DNA of 54,053 nt, the filler included, from Sluysia triapertura (Eukaryota): NCBI GenBank assembly GCA_046118255.1. It is 4 parts of 4 records of this genome, joined end to end, with 100 filler letters (N's around TTAATTAATTAA, not from the genome) between each part and the next. Parts side by side here need not be neighbours in the genome. Positions count along the whole stretch, not along the records: positions 26,248 to 38,847 come from JBJNIA010095555.1; 3 more parts are not named here. The stretch is one strand, 5' to 3'. The notes under the pieces were generated by a model. That model did not search any database, was not told the origin of the DNA, and worked only from the letters and a program-made list of their open reading frames with translations. Both the position numbers and the translations under genes were made by a program. Shown piece by piece: positions 26,248-37,960 of this stretch (within the stretch, counting starts at the first letter, position 1; each line of letters opens with the position of its first letter).

Positions 26248-29200
26248 AACATCTTTGTATTTATAATTCACTCAAAGTATGTTTTATTGTAATTAAAATT
26301 TTATTACTCTAATCTTCAGCATCCCAAATTATGTATTTGTTTAATTAAATTTTTATTATTCTAATCTGTTGCAAAAGAAATTTCTAATATTTTTAACATT
26401 TTCCCTACAAATGATCGTGACAATGAAAATAACAATGCTTGCGGCTGTCAAACACCGAAATAGCTCCAAAATCCAATATGGTACATATTTCGCTTGTTTA
26501 TGGTATTGACCTGAACAAAATCGGATTTATACTACTGTCGATGGCTGTTTTGAGGCAATTTGTTTAGACATTCTGTGATGTTTTGGTTATTAATGTGCCA
26601 TTTGTGGCGAAACTTATGATTTATAAGAACAAATAATGCATCAGTAAGAATATGTGATGTTTGGTGAAATTTATAGAGTAGATTCATAAAAGATGACTCC
26701 GTTAATGATGCATTGGTTGTTTAAGTGTCGTTAGGTGGGTTGTTGATGATGTTACCAGGGTCTCAGTGCTAATTTGAAATATTTCTAACTGCAAAATCAA
26801 CATGGTACATATTTCGCTAAATTGTTTATGGTATCAGAACTGAACAATATCTGATCCATAGCTGTTTTGAGGCAAGATTTAGAAGTAATTAAACTAATAT
26901 CAAAATATAAATCTGCGCTGATATATAAAAACAAAGTATCGTATTTAAAATATTTCTAGTTTTATTTAAAATAGAAAGGAAACACTTCTCTTCATAAAGC
27001 AGCAAAATCAAATTGTCTTAAGTACGCCAATGTATTTTTAAAACAAAATTAATGTAAACGAAAAAATTATAACGGTGATACACCACTTCATTTGGCTACT
27101 TCAAATGGTTACCATATAACGGTTTGATGCACTAGGTGTTTTTGAAAATAAAGAGTCAATCTATTTTAGAATCACCGTGGAAGCAAAAATAAAAATTTTA
27201 AGAAAACATCTTTGTATTTATAATTCACTCAAAGTATGTTTTTGTTTAATTAAAATTTTATTATTCTAATCTATTGCAAAAGAAATTTCATATCTTAGTT
27301 TAATAATTCAAATTGAAGTGATTATTTTATATTTAATTCAGAGAAAAATCTTTAATTTATTTAAAAGCCTTATTTCATAAGTTAATATTTTCCCTACAAA
27401 TGATTGGGAAAATGAAAATAACATGCATTAAATGTGAGTGTCAAATGCCAAAATAGCACCAAAAATCAAATTAATTTAGAATATTTAAATGCGGTAAAAG
27501 AAATGAATGTGGAGAGCTCCAAGAATTAATTAAATGAAATATTTAGCTAAACTGGTTATGGTATTAGAGCTGAATAATATCGGATTGACACTACTATCAA
27601 CGGCTGTTTTAAGGCAAGATTTAGAAATAAATAAAATTTCAAAAATAACAATGGAACACTTACGAGACGAACTCAAACATTAGAAATTCCAGCTTTATAA
27701 AAGGTAACTACTGTAAAATCCCGAGCATAAGCTGCAGCGCGTATTAGCTGCAGAGAATGTTTTTATGAAAGTGCTCTTGAAATTGAAGAAAATGAAATGA
27801 ATGGAACGAGTCTGATCCAAACATTTCAGTTTTTCATGACCTTGTAGAATTACTAGAAAATTTCACTTTTATTGACAATGAAAAGTGTGCTGTTGAAAAT
27901 TGAAATAAATAAATAATCTTATCTTCAATTTGATTTGCTTTTTAGTTGTATAAGCTGCACATCATATTAGCTGCAATTCAAAAATGTTGCCTTTAAGTAC
28001 GCATTAGCTGCAGTTTATGCTCGGGATTTTACAGTATTTATAACTTTAATGATTCATTTGTAGAATGATTTTTAAAGAGGTATCTAGGTATTTTGACAAT
28101 GTTTAATAATATTTCTAATATTTTCCCTACAAATGATCGTGACAATGAAATTACTAATGCATTTCATGTCGCTGTTAAACACCGAATCATTTTAGAATTT
28201 TTAAATACGGTAAAAGAAATGCTATTGGAATAAATAATTCATGTTCGAGACAAACAATGATGGTAAAACATTTGATCGATTTTGTAGAATATGGGTAGTA
28301 ATGACAAATCAATGTAGAATATTTAAATGCGGTAAAAGAAATGGATGTGGAGAAGCTCGAAGAATTAAAAGAATTGAAATCTCAACGTTATAAAAAGTAA
28401 CTATTTATAATTTTAATAATTTATTAATTTGTAGAATGATGTTTTTACAGGTATGAAGGCATTTTGTAAAGATTCAATTAGAGCATCAAAAGTCAACATG
28501 GTACACATTTCGTTAAATTATAAATCTGCGCTGATAAGAAAAACAAAGTATTTAAAATAGAAAGGAAACACTTGTCTTCATATAGCAGCAAAAAATATTG
28601 TTAAAACATAAAATTAATGTAAACGAAAGAATTATAACGGAGATACAACTTCATTTGGCTATTCCAAATGGTCACCATATAATGGTTTACATGCTTAGAA
28701 CGAAATTCAGAGCCAAAATTAATATTTCAAATAATAAAATCAACAAAATCAATTTAGCTTATTTAAATTTGTAGAATGATTTTTTTACAGGTATCAAGGT
28801 ATTTTGACAATGTTCAATAATATTTCTAATATTTTCCCTACAAATTACTAATGCATTTCATGTCGCTGTTAAACACCGAAATAGGACAAAAAATCAATTT
28901 AGAATATTTAAATGCTGTAAAATAAATGAATGATTTATTAATTTGTAGAATGATGTTTTAATGATGATGTTCAATAATATTTCTAATATGTTCCCTACAA
29001 ATGATCGTGATAATGAAAATACCAATGCTTGTGGCTGTCAAACACCGAAATAGATCCAAAATCCAATATGGTACATATTTTGCTAAATTGTTTGTGGTAT
29101 TAATCCTGAACAATATCGGATTGATATCAATTTTTATTTAATGTGATATTTTATTTTCATTTTTATTTGAAGTTTATTTTACAATGACAAATTTTGATAT

Positions 29201-29370
29201 CGTCTAATAGTGGAGCAGAATGTGAATAGATTTGAGTATATTTGTTTAGATATTCTATGAAGAAACTTATGATTTAGAAGAACAAATAATTCTTCGGTAT
29301 GAATATGTGATGTTTGGTAAAGTTTATCGAGTTGATTCAGAAAGAGATGACTCTGATTATGATATATAGA
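26248..29370 (+). pseudogene. Patchwork tandem array of decayed ankyrin-repeat gene segments
   Basis: KGNTSLHKAAK/NGDTPLHLA (about 26975-27100) and KGNTCLHIAAK (about 28560). Module TTCCCTACAAAT recurs near 26400, 27390, 28123, 28833 and 28991. Block GAAACTTATGATTTA...GATGACTC occurs at about 26610 and 29262. Confidence 0.65.
27711..28034. mobile_element. pogo/Tc2-type MITE, 324 bp, TA target duplication
   Basis: TA|CTGTAAAATCCCGAGCATAAGCTGCAGC ... GCTGCAGTTTATGCTCGGGATTTTACAG|TA (28-bp TIR, one mismatch). Empty paralogous site GTAACTATTTATAA at about 28397; related solo end at about 15335-15370. Confidence 0.9.
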
Positions 29371-29983
29371 TTGTTTATGTGTAATTAATTATATATCTTT
29401 ATGTTTGCATGAACTTTTATTTTATTTTGTCTTCATATTAAATCTAACAACAACGATCAAACATCCCCTTATTTAAATAAATTAATACCATTCTATTTAC
29501 TTATTATTAATGAACAACGTGTTCTCTTAATTGATTTCTATAGTATCTAAATCTTATTGGGCATTTAGTTAAGTGCATAATTGAAATCTTAGTGTTAAAT
29601 CATGTTAATTACACACTCTGAAGTGTTTCTTGAGAAATGATGTTTTTTTCAAATTTGTTAATGTTTTTATTTATTTTCTAAATTTTTAATTATTGATCAT
29701 CGTATATTTCTAGCTTTACCAATATCTATTATTAGTTTGGTTTGTGATTGTACTTATATAGACTTCTATTTTATTTTCCGCTGATACTATACCATGTCCA
29801 AGAAATATTTTACCACCTGTTAGTTTTTAAGTTTAAAATCTAATGTTATATAACCTTTATAACTATTATGGATACATTATTTACTCAACATGAAACATTT
29901 AGAATTACAAGTTAATTTAGTTGTATACACTTTATATAAATAAATAATCAACTCATAACTAAAAACAAAACTTTTATTTGAAT

Positions 29984-31244
29984 TTAAAATGTAAAATAGT
30001 GATTTTGTCGTCGTATCTCCGTGCACGTCACTCTGCCTAACTTTAGAACGGTCATCTAAACAAAAATAAAGATATAATTTATAAAAGATTTGAATAATAG
30101 AAAAATATACGTTTTTTGATTCTAGGTCACCAACATTGAATTTGATTTCTTTTCCAATTAAATACATTTTGTATGCCTTTGGTAATTGTAGAGATGAGCG
30201 AATAATTTTAACATTAACCTTGTATTCTGTCTTGATATCACTCGGTTTATTATGATCATTCTGAACATACTCACGATACAGTTCTAGTAAAATCACGAAA
30301 TCGTTGTTTGATGAATATATGGAAGAAAATCTTTTTAATTGTTGAGTATTGCACAAACTTGTGAATAACTCCACACATTTATGAAGTGGGACGATAAGTG
30401 TACGTCGTAGTATTAAACATACTGCATGTAAGAATCTGGTTAATGAAGTTACTTCCATACAATCAATACGACACGTTTTTAAATATTCATTACCGTAACT
30501 TCTAAAATCATCATTACTTTGAATTAATTTGATAATCTTTAATTTTGGTTCTGGCATCTGAACTCTAAATTAATTTTAACACGTAAAAGTGATTCATAAT
30601 GATACTACGGATTAAGCATATGAGCCCATTGATGTGAAGCTAACTGAACAAATAGAATACATTCATATACTTATTAGGTTTTTTAAACAAATTATACTTT
30701 AATTTCTGAATGTAACTTAATAGGTACAATTGTAAATTCGTGGTATTAGATCGATTATTGTAACTAGACTTTAATAGATGTTCACATAGAGAAATAGGTT
30801 CTATTATATTTGTGAAATTGTAATCATTTGAAATTGAAGCAGTTAATATGATCAACTTAATCAGTTCTACATTGAACTCTAATCTTAATTTCTGAATTCC
30901 GTTATAATTTCCAATGGATAAATCATTGTGGCTATTAATGTTGATTTATAATCTTTGAAACGTTGGTCTTCTAACAAAATATTAGCAGCAGCAGTAAAAG
31001 GTTTTTGCAGCGGTGCATACACTACTTAAATCATTAAACCAGAACGTTTCATAAGATTCGATAAATAAAGTATCACTGAAATACTGGCTGATTTCCAATA
31101 GATTGGATAAATTATAATTATCACATCACTTTTGAAATTGAATTTACTATCAGATGTTGCATTCTTCGTAAGTCGTAATTCGGACCTCATACTACAAGCT
31201 GTAGTACATTTATTTGGTAAAAAAACAAATTGTAAATCAGTCAT
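29984..31244 (-). CDS. Unknown spliced gene; 5' half disrupted
   Basis: Exons 30564-30111 and 30055-29984 join in phase via a 55-nt GT-AG intron, ending MTVLKLGRVTCTEIRRQNHYFTF*; upstream 44-nt intron at 30608-30565. Region 31244-30640 is coding-like but cannot be joined without stops or frameshifts. Confidence 0.45.
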
Positions 31245-33339
31245 ATAAACAGGTATTAGATGAATGAAAATATAAGAGGTATATTTATTAGCAGCGTTTT
31301 ATTAATTGAAATTATGAATTATTCAAAATTTATTTTTGTCTATTTGAGACTAGATGACCGGTGATTGGTCATCCAACCAGAATTGTTTGTCTGAAAAATA
31401 ATGAATTTTATTCTGGCGGGATGGCCAGTAATATGAGTGAAAATTTTACAGCATGATTTAATAGTACAATTATACTGAGTGATTAGCCATCATCAGTGCT
31501 GACATAAATCCGTTAACAGAAATGAACGATGTCAGCAGTGGTCATTGTAGAAACAATTTTGTTGCATTAATAAAATTTTATCAATAATGACAATAACTGT
31601 AATGATAAAATTGGTAATAATAATAACAACGGCAATATTGTTATTATTATCAATGTTAAAAAGAAAACGCATAAACTTCTTGTAATAACTATACACGATC
31701 TAACTCTTTTGAAACTAAGAATCTTTAAGTAAAGATTAGTTTAAATGAATTTATGTGTTTGATTAACATCTCAAGGTATGATAGTAGTTCTATGTCGTCT
31801 AATGAAATGGAGAATGTTAGAATGAATTCTTAGATGGTGATTTAGGTTCTTCATTGAGAACGACATTTGATCATTGGAAGATCGTGAATAAAAGACCTAT
31901 TGAGAAGAGTGTGGTTTGGTAAATGTGAAAAGGTAAATTATAATACAACTCTTGGTATATTTAAAAGGTTAATGTCCAATGTTTTATGTGATTTGTTTAT
32001 TTGTTGTTTTTAAGTGATTGTATTTTGTGTTGGCGATTATGTGATGAAAAATGCCGAATTTAAGGTGTTGTAATTGATTCGAAGGTGTAAAGTGGATAAT
32101 TTCAAATGTGGTTATTATCTGATTGTTGTGAATGTCGAGTTACATGTTTTTGATGGATTGTTGATGTAAATTGGTAGTATTGGTTGTAAATGTGATGTTT
32201 AAGCTATAAGATTTTGAATAAAATTTAACTTTGACAGATGAATTGTTCTATGGGTGTAGAAAAGATATGTGAATATTAGAATGTTTAGGGTTATTTTTAT
32301 CAAATTTTAATAATATTAAGGGTTGACTACCACACTTTCCTCCTAATCGCCACTTTTGGGAATTGGAAAAATGTGGCTGTATTTAGTAAGAAAAATAATA
32401 AAGAAAAATCAAATGAAAATTTTATTATTTTAACTTTCAATATTTTATAACCATTCCTAAAATTTTTACATACTGATTTAGGCGGAATAAGTTTGTAAAA
32501 TATGCCTTTTTCATCTGATTTTTAGGTCTATATTCTTCAATTTTAGATTTAAATTCATTTGAAAAACTTCAGGTTGTATGGTTGAGACATGGCATGTGTG
32601 ATTCACCGTGTAGATTTCTTAACTTCAACAAATTTCTTTCCTTAACAATTCTTGACATCCAATTTGAAGATTTAATATTTTGTATGCCACTTAAATTACT
32701 TATTTGAACTTATTTTTCTTTTATTATATTATCCGTAATGATAGCACCTCTTCAAGTCTATCATCAATCTATGGGGACAATTCTTTGTCTAAAACATTAA
32801 ATTTAAAAACTGGAATTAGCCATTCACTTTTGTTTACAAGATCAGCTTTTTGAATCAAAAATCTTTGTTTCTTCTGATATGGTATCCTGATGATACATGA
32901 ATTAGATTTAGTCGTTGAAAGAGAATGTTTGTATATTTATGGAATCACTGGAATACGATCCTATTGAGCACAGATATTGGTCTGCTATTAGTGATGTACA
33001 ACTTTTATTTGGTTAGATTATTATTTTTCGAGCATATGCGATAAGTAAAAGTAAGGTAAAGAAAATCTTTATTTTATTTTGCAAGTTCTTCCTAAAAGAA
33101 TATTTTTTATACTTTTTAACGTCTGCTTCGTTATTTCAGTATAGACAATTGATCTATATTTAAAATTAAATATTGAAATTTGTTCCTTTTGATCATACGA
33201 AAAGTTTAAAGCGCGGGGGAAAGTTTTATTAAAAAATAACACATAGTTCAAAAGTAGTTTTGTACATGAATTAGCGAGAATGGGCAGTTTCTTTTTATAA
33301 TAAATTGTACAATTATTATTTTAATGTATGTAGATTCAT

Positions 33340-33460
33340 GATTATATGGCCAACTGCTTAACATACAACCAGTTACCGGAGAACGTCAAATTACTGGAAG
33401 ATTATGAAATATTTAAGAAAGAGGCAAATTTATTTCTGTTTCAGAAATATTATCGTGAAT
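33340..33460 (+). mobile_element. LINE ORF2 C-terminal remnant
   Basis: TYNQLPENVKLLEDYEIFKKEANLFLFQKYY matches the WN.LP..IK....FK..LK end of CR1/L2-group ORF2; related copy at about 10120-10180. Confidence 0.5.
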
Positions 33461-33749
33461 GATTTACCTTAAGCTCTTTTGACTACTTACGCGCAATAGA
33501 TATGGGCGCAATATATATTATTATATTATTATTATCAATTAATTAACAATAAGTTTCTTTACCAATACATTTTCGAATATGTGATATTTTATTTAATTGA
33601 TATTTACACGTTTTAACAATATAATTAATATTTTCTTCCATGTTCATTTTCAAATCCATGTAACACTACCTATATTTCGATTTATTCTTAAAATAGTCGT
33701 TTCTGTTGAGTGATAGGCTATACAGGCTGATTAATACATTAAAAAAATT

Positions 33750-34150
33750 TTTGTATCTACGAACTTTGACAATTGTTGCAAAACTACTTTCAATCAATTT
33801 TCATAAGAATGTTATATTTGATACAGGCCTATAATTATTTAAAATAAATGGATCACCATGTTTCAGATGAGTTAATATAACGGATACTTTCCACTTGAAG
33901 GGTATTTTAGACTGTATAATGAATTGTCAATAATTTTCAATAAAATCGGAATAAAATCAAATTATGTTTCAGAATTTTATTTGGTAATGGGTCAATAAAA
34001 CTTGATTTTGACATTTACAACATAATCTGCATTAAATCATCCTTAGTTATCTTCTTTATTTCAAATTCGTTTATATTACTGTTTTGCATTTCTAATTTAA
34101 TATTTGACCTATTTCGCATACTTTCCACTGTTGGAACAAAAACTTTTAAA
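33750..34150 (-). mobile_element. L2/CR1-group reverse transcriptase N-terminal fragment
   Basis: SKSSFIDPLPNKILKHNFDFIPILLKIIDNSLYSLKYPS..KVSVILTHLKHGDP..YRPVSNITFL*KLIE, typical RT domains 0-1 (NYRPIS motif), with stops and frameshifts. Confidence 0.75.
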
Positions 34151-34486
34151 ACATCTTTTGACGTAAAATTTATGTTGAGGCACCCCTGGTTGTGATTTGT
34201 TTTTAGAGAGTAATTTACGTTACAAATGATAATTTATAATATTGTTGTAGTGAATAATTTGTCTTTTGTTATAAAGAGTACTTTGTATCGTTGTTATAAA
34301 GAATAATTTATATCTTTTGGTTATAATTTTTTTGATAATTCAAAGAATATATCGACATTCTGAATTTGTTTAATTATTGAGTTTTGATTAATATTTTTGT
34401 AAAATAAAAAAGGTATAATACGTAATTATGCAATAATACGTAAGTGTAATATATTAAAGTTTATATTTAATTGATGCTCATAGAGA

Positions 34487-34577
34487 TTGTTGAGTTACAG
34501 GTCTAAAGTGCCATTTAGATTAATGATAATGTAATTGACTATAATAATCTAAAATTGTTAGACGGGGCTCATAGCTC
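34487..34577 (+). repeat. Second, truncated copy of the tRNA-like repeat (upstream flank plus first ~13 nt of the tRNA)
   Basis: TGTTGAGTTACAGGTCTAAAGTGCCATTT...AAATTGTTAGACGGGGCTCATAGCTC matches the reverse complement of about 8334-8415 (TGTTGGGGTAAAAGGCCTAAAAGTGCCATTT...AAATTGTTAGACGGGGCTGATAGCTC). Confidence 0.8.
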
Positions 34578-35053
34578 TAATCCCTTCTACACGTGCTCTG
34601 TCTATGTCCTCACACAAGCGCAGCCAGAACAGTCCGGCAAACAAAATCCTTAACTACCTAGTGGATAAAACGACCCAGAAGGTATTCTCGGTCATCAAGT
34701 ATTCGCCTAAGCCAATAATTGGTGAAACTCGACTCCCACTGTACTTCCTCATTGCAACTGTTCTTGACTGATGTCAAAACTCCCACGGACCTGAAGAAAA
34801 ACCTCGAAATAGCCAGAACCACCAATATTGCGAAGAATGCTGATCTCCCGGGCAAACTACAGGAACAACTGAAGTGCACGGTGTCTCTGGATACATTCGT
34901 CGTTGAGCCTTGGGATTATGGGATCCCGAGAATGACAAGCTTCTCAAGGCACTTGGCTTCCACAAGACCGAAATCAAGACCCTGGAACGACTGTGTGTAC
35001 GACTAGCTGTGGAGTCCTCGAATAACACATACCGCGACCATGTCCCTGAATAG
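34578..35053 (+). mobile_element. 5'-truncated NeSL/Utopia/R5-group non-LTR retrotransposon: CCHC knuckle end plus restriction-like endonuclease
   Basis: With three frameshifts it reads SLLHVLCLCPHTSAARTVR/NKILNYLV ... LFLTDVKTPTDLKKNLEIARTTNIAKNADL...VSLDTFVV/..LWDPENDKLLKALGFHKTEIKTLERLCVRLAVESSNNTYRDHVPE*. This matches the HVL..C...RHN, DV..P, FVVGALGSWDP.N and S..IY..H signatures. GC content is well above the flanks. Confidence 0.8.
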
Positions 35054-35054
35054 A

Positions 35055-35767
35055 AGAAAGAAGAGACCAAAACTATTTTATTAATATCATGTCGCGCCCG
35101 TGTAAAGATATCGTCGGTAGAATAAGAAATGAGGTTGTGATTGGACAAGTTCATCACATCTCGCAACCATCCAAAGGGAATGTCCAATGCATCTATGATA
35201 AAACGAGGGAGAAGGAAAACCAAGATTTTATTATTTAGAAACCCAAAAAGATACGGCCGGACATCGTCTATGACCTTGGCCTCTCTAAGTTCAACATCGG
35301 AAATATCTTGAATATTTCTTAAGAAATTTTTGATTCTACACAGGGGTTTGACCCTTGCCTCTAAATGAAATTGGCGATTAAAAGGTGTGCAAGCTATTCC
35401 GGTGAGGTGAGGCTTATCAAAGAAATCGAAGGCATATTGATATGCCACAAAACAAGACGATCTTCGTCTTCGGTAGAAAGGGGTGGAACATGGGTGAATG
35501 ACGTCCCGCTGTTCCAACGATTTATGTTCGCGGAGTCCCCATAAAAAGGGTTTGGAAGTGAGGAAGGAAAAGGAGCTGGCGATTGAAGTCGGATACTCCA
35601 GAGCTTCAATGCTGATATCACACTGGGTATTTAAGGATGTATATTAAGGATGGACCTTCTACACGTAAAAGCAATGGGGAATTTTTAATAGAAAGTGATT
35701 TTTACGACACCACGTGCAACGGCTAAATAAATAGTATCAAAATTTTTTGGTACGTCAGACAGACATT
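35055..35767 (-). pseudogene. Intronless orphan ORF, lightly disabled, 3' end interrupted by the RLE fragment
   Basis: One frame is open from about 35642 through 35055 (about 195 codons). Removing a 4-bp duplication, one homopolymer A and a 13-bp duplication extends it to an ATG near 35767 (MSDVPKNFDTIYLAVARGVVKSLSIKNSPLLLRVEGPSLNTQCDISIEALEYP...). No family recognised. Confidence 0.45.
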
Positions 35768-36144
35768 TTAAAGATATTTGCGGGTTAGTTAGAATTAGAG
35801 GAAAAACGTGGGTTGCTACGTTTTGCGTTAATTCACTTTTCAACTTACAATCCGTTGAAAAGGAATTACGAAAAAATGTGGGAGCGTTCTTATCTGCGCA
35901 AAAATGATCAAGTGAAATGTAAAAGGATTTTAATTGTGATATTATTCGTGCTTGTGGATGTTAAGATTGTGTGGATTTTGGAATTAGCTGAAGATTAGGA
36001 ATAAATGGTAAGAAAACAAGATAAGGACAAATCATACAAAAATAAAAATGACCGAAACAAGATTTTATATTTCGCTTTTGTTTTTTCCATTAAACGGTAT
36101 AATAAATGATAATATTTATAAAAGATTATTTTTATTTCCTTTTA

Positions 36145-36621
36145 TTATTTCTTTTTGAGAAAAGGGTTATTACATAAGTTGGCGTTTTGCTTATAGAATT
36201 TTCGTAATTCACGTCTCCTATAATTTTGTTTTTGAGACTTGGTCAAACCTGGTGGATAATCAGGCTTTGGCACCTGAAATCCATTATACAAGATACGAAC
36301 CCTTTTTAATAGAGGTCGAGTAATGTCAATACTAGAATTTTCTTGTAACTCATTTGTAGTTGATATAGAAGATGAACCAGGTTCGACGTAATCTACGGTG
36401 AATTCATATGATCTTCTAAACTTTTTTCTGTAATAAATGTCACATTCTTTAACTAAAGTACGGCACATAGGGCAAGAAGTAAAATGTGTCGGAGCAGATT
36501 CAAACAGAAAGTAGATACAACGAAAGTGGAAACGATGCTTAAAAGGAGTAGTTAAGGAACAATATTTTCTAATTGGTCGACGACAAATAGCGCAGATTGT
36601 GAAACGTAATTGAGTAAACAT
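36145..36621 (-). CDS. Small intronless RING-H2-like zinc finger protein (158 aa)
   Basis: CAIC-x11-FKHRFHFRC-x14-CPMC; the third metal ligand is Phe instead of Cys; basic C-terminus. The ATG lies 6 nt after a TTCTTTCTTTTCAG acceptor-like site. Confidence 0.65.
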   Translation of the reverse strand: MFTQLRFTICAICRRPIRKYCSLTTPFKHRFHFRCIYFLFESAPTHFTSCPMCRTLVKECDIYYRKKFRRSYEFTVDYVEPGSSSISTTNELQENSSIDITRPLLKRVRILYNGFQVPKPDYPPGLTKSQKQNYRRRELRKFYKQNANLCNNPFLKKK

Positions 36622-37149
36622 GATCGACTGAAAAGAAAGAATATAATACAGTAACAATTTTCTAAAAATACTTTAAAATTTAAATTATACAGTACTATTA
36701 ATAAAGTATTATAAAGTTTAATATAGATTAAATAGAAAATAAGATAAAATATGTTATACAGCAACCTAACTAATTAAGAAATACAACAAGGTAAAATATT
36801 GAACTATTCAACATCACCCTCTCGCTACCGATAATGGATAGTTAACAGCCATCGCATATGGTCAGCGGTCAGGAGATGTCTCAACTCATATTTTAGGTGA
36901 AAATTTTATGCTTTAATAAAGAGATGATTCCTATGCCTAATTAACAGATAGAACTTATGAATTTGACAAGCAATGTGCACTATTGATGTAGTTAAAAGAA
37001 AACACGTTATAACATAATAAAAGAATATAGATTGATAGAGTCTTAATATAATATCCTCCGTGGAATTTTTACATGAGTAATTTTGGAATTGTAAACTTAA
37101 ATTTTTATTTAACTTAGTAGTATATGTTAGATTTTTAGTATTTTGTACT

Positions 37150-37960
37150 AATGTCATTTCCTCCTTATTTAGCTTATGCGGATGACATTGCACTAATTTC
37201 TACCTCACACGGGACTTGTAGCGCATGCTTAATTATATTGTTGAGCATACAAAGTCTGTTAATTTGATCTTCCGCCCTTTCAAATGTTTTTACTTTCACA
37301 ATATTCTGGACACCAACTCCAATCTTTCTCTTCGCATTGATAACACTTCTATTATCAATATGAAGAATGGTGACTATACAATGTATCTAGGGGTTCCTTT
37401 TGGTGAAAGCGCAAAATAAGTGATCTCCTTGAAGAAAACTTAGCGCTCATCGAGAAAGTGAGAGATTCTACTCTATATTGTTGAAACAAATTACTCATGT
37501 TTCGCAACTTCAACCACTCGCGCGTACCATTTCATATGCGCAATCTCAATAAAAAAAACTCAAACCCTTTTCAGTCCTCACGCTAGACAATCCTAAAACC
37601 TTCCGCAATCTGTCGGGCATGATGGAAAAATCAAACATTTCTTCAGGACCTTCTTAGGTTTGAAAAATTTCCCTCTTAACAATGCCTTTTTCTTGTGCAC
37701 AAAAATTACGGAGGTTTAGGCTTGAACACTTTCTACGACGACTACATATGCCAGAATATAATCTGTGCTTTCCGACTTTTCAATAGTCGTATAGACCTTA
37801 TGCGTACCCTTTCCTTTCATGAAATTGTCCGAGTTGCTATTAATAGACTGAATAAAGTAGAAAATTTATCTGATGCTCTATCATGGTTGAATGGAAGTAA
37901 ATCTGATCGGCGCGCACGTCTCCAAACTTGGTGGATCAAAATTCGGCGGTCTATCCTAAA
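37150..37960 (+). mobile_element. NeSL/R5/R2-type non-LTR reverse transcriptase and thumb fragment
   Basis: LAYADDIALIS, NLIFRPFKC, YLGVPFG, HKNYGGLGL, AFRLFNS, WLNG and TWWIKIR occur in the expected order, with stops and frameshifts. Confidence 0.85.

Noticed and set aside
26248-29370. CRISPR-like or regularly spaced repeat array
   Set aside because: Units are long, irregular and contain exon/intron and ankyrin sequence; eukaryotic context with no cas genes.
31353-31373. Hairpin GATGACCGG-TGA-TTGGTCATC upstream of the 31244 ATG
   Set aside because: Single short copy with no covariation or other support.
34774-35050. C-terminal part of the 247-aa minus-strand ORF
   Set aside because: It is the antisense of the plus-strand RLE endonuclease fragment; only the part above about 35055 is treated as an independent ORF.
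34583-35666. 12-bp direct repeat CCTTCTACACGT (34583-34594 and 35655-35666) as a target-site duplication
   Set aside because: One copy lies inside the element's LLHV codons and the other inside the orphan ORF, so they do not flank a single element; probably chance.
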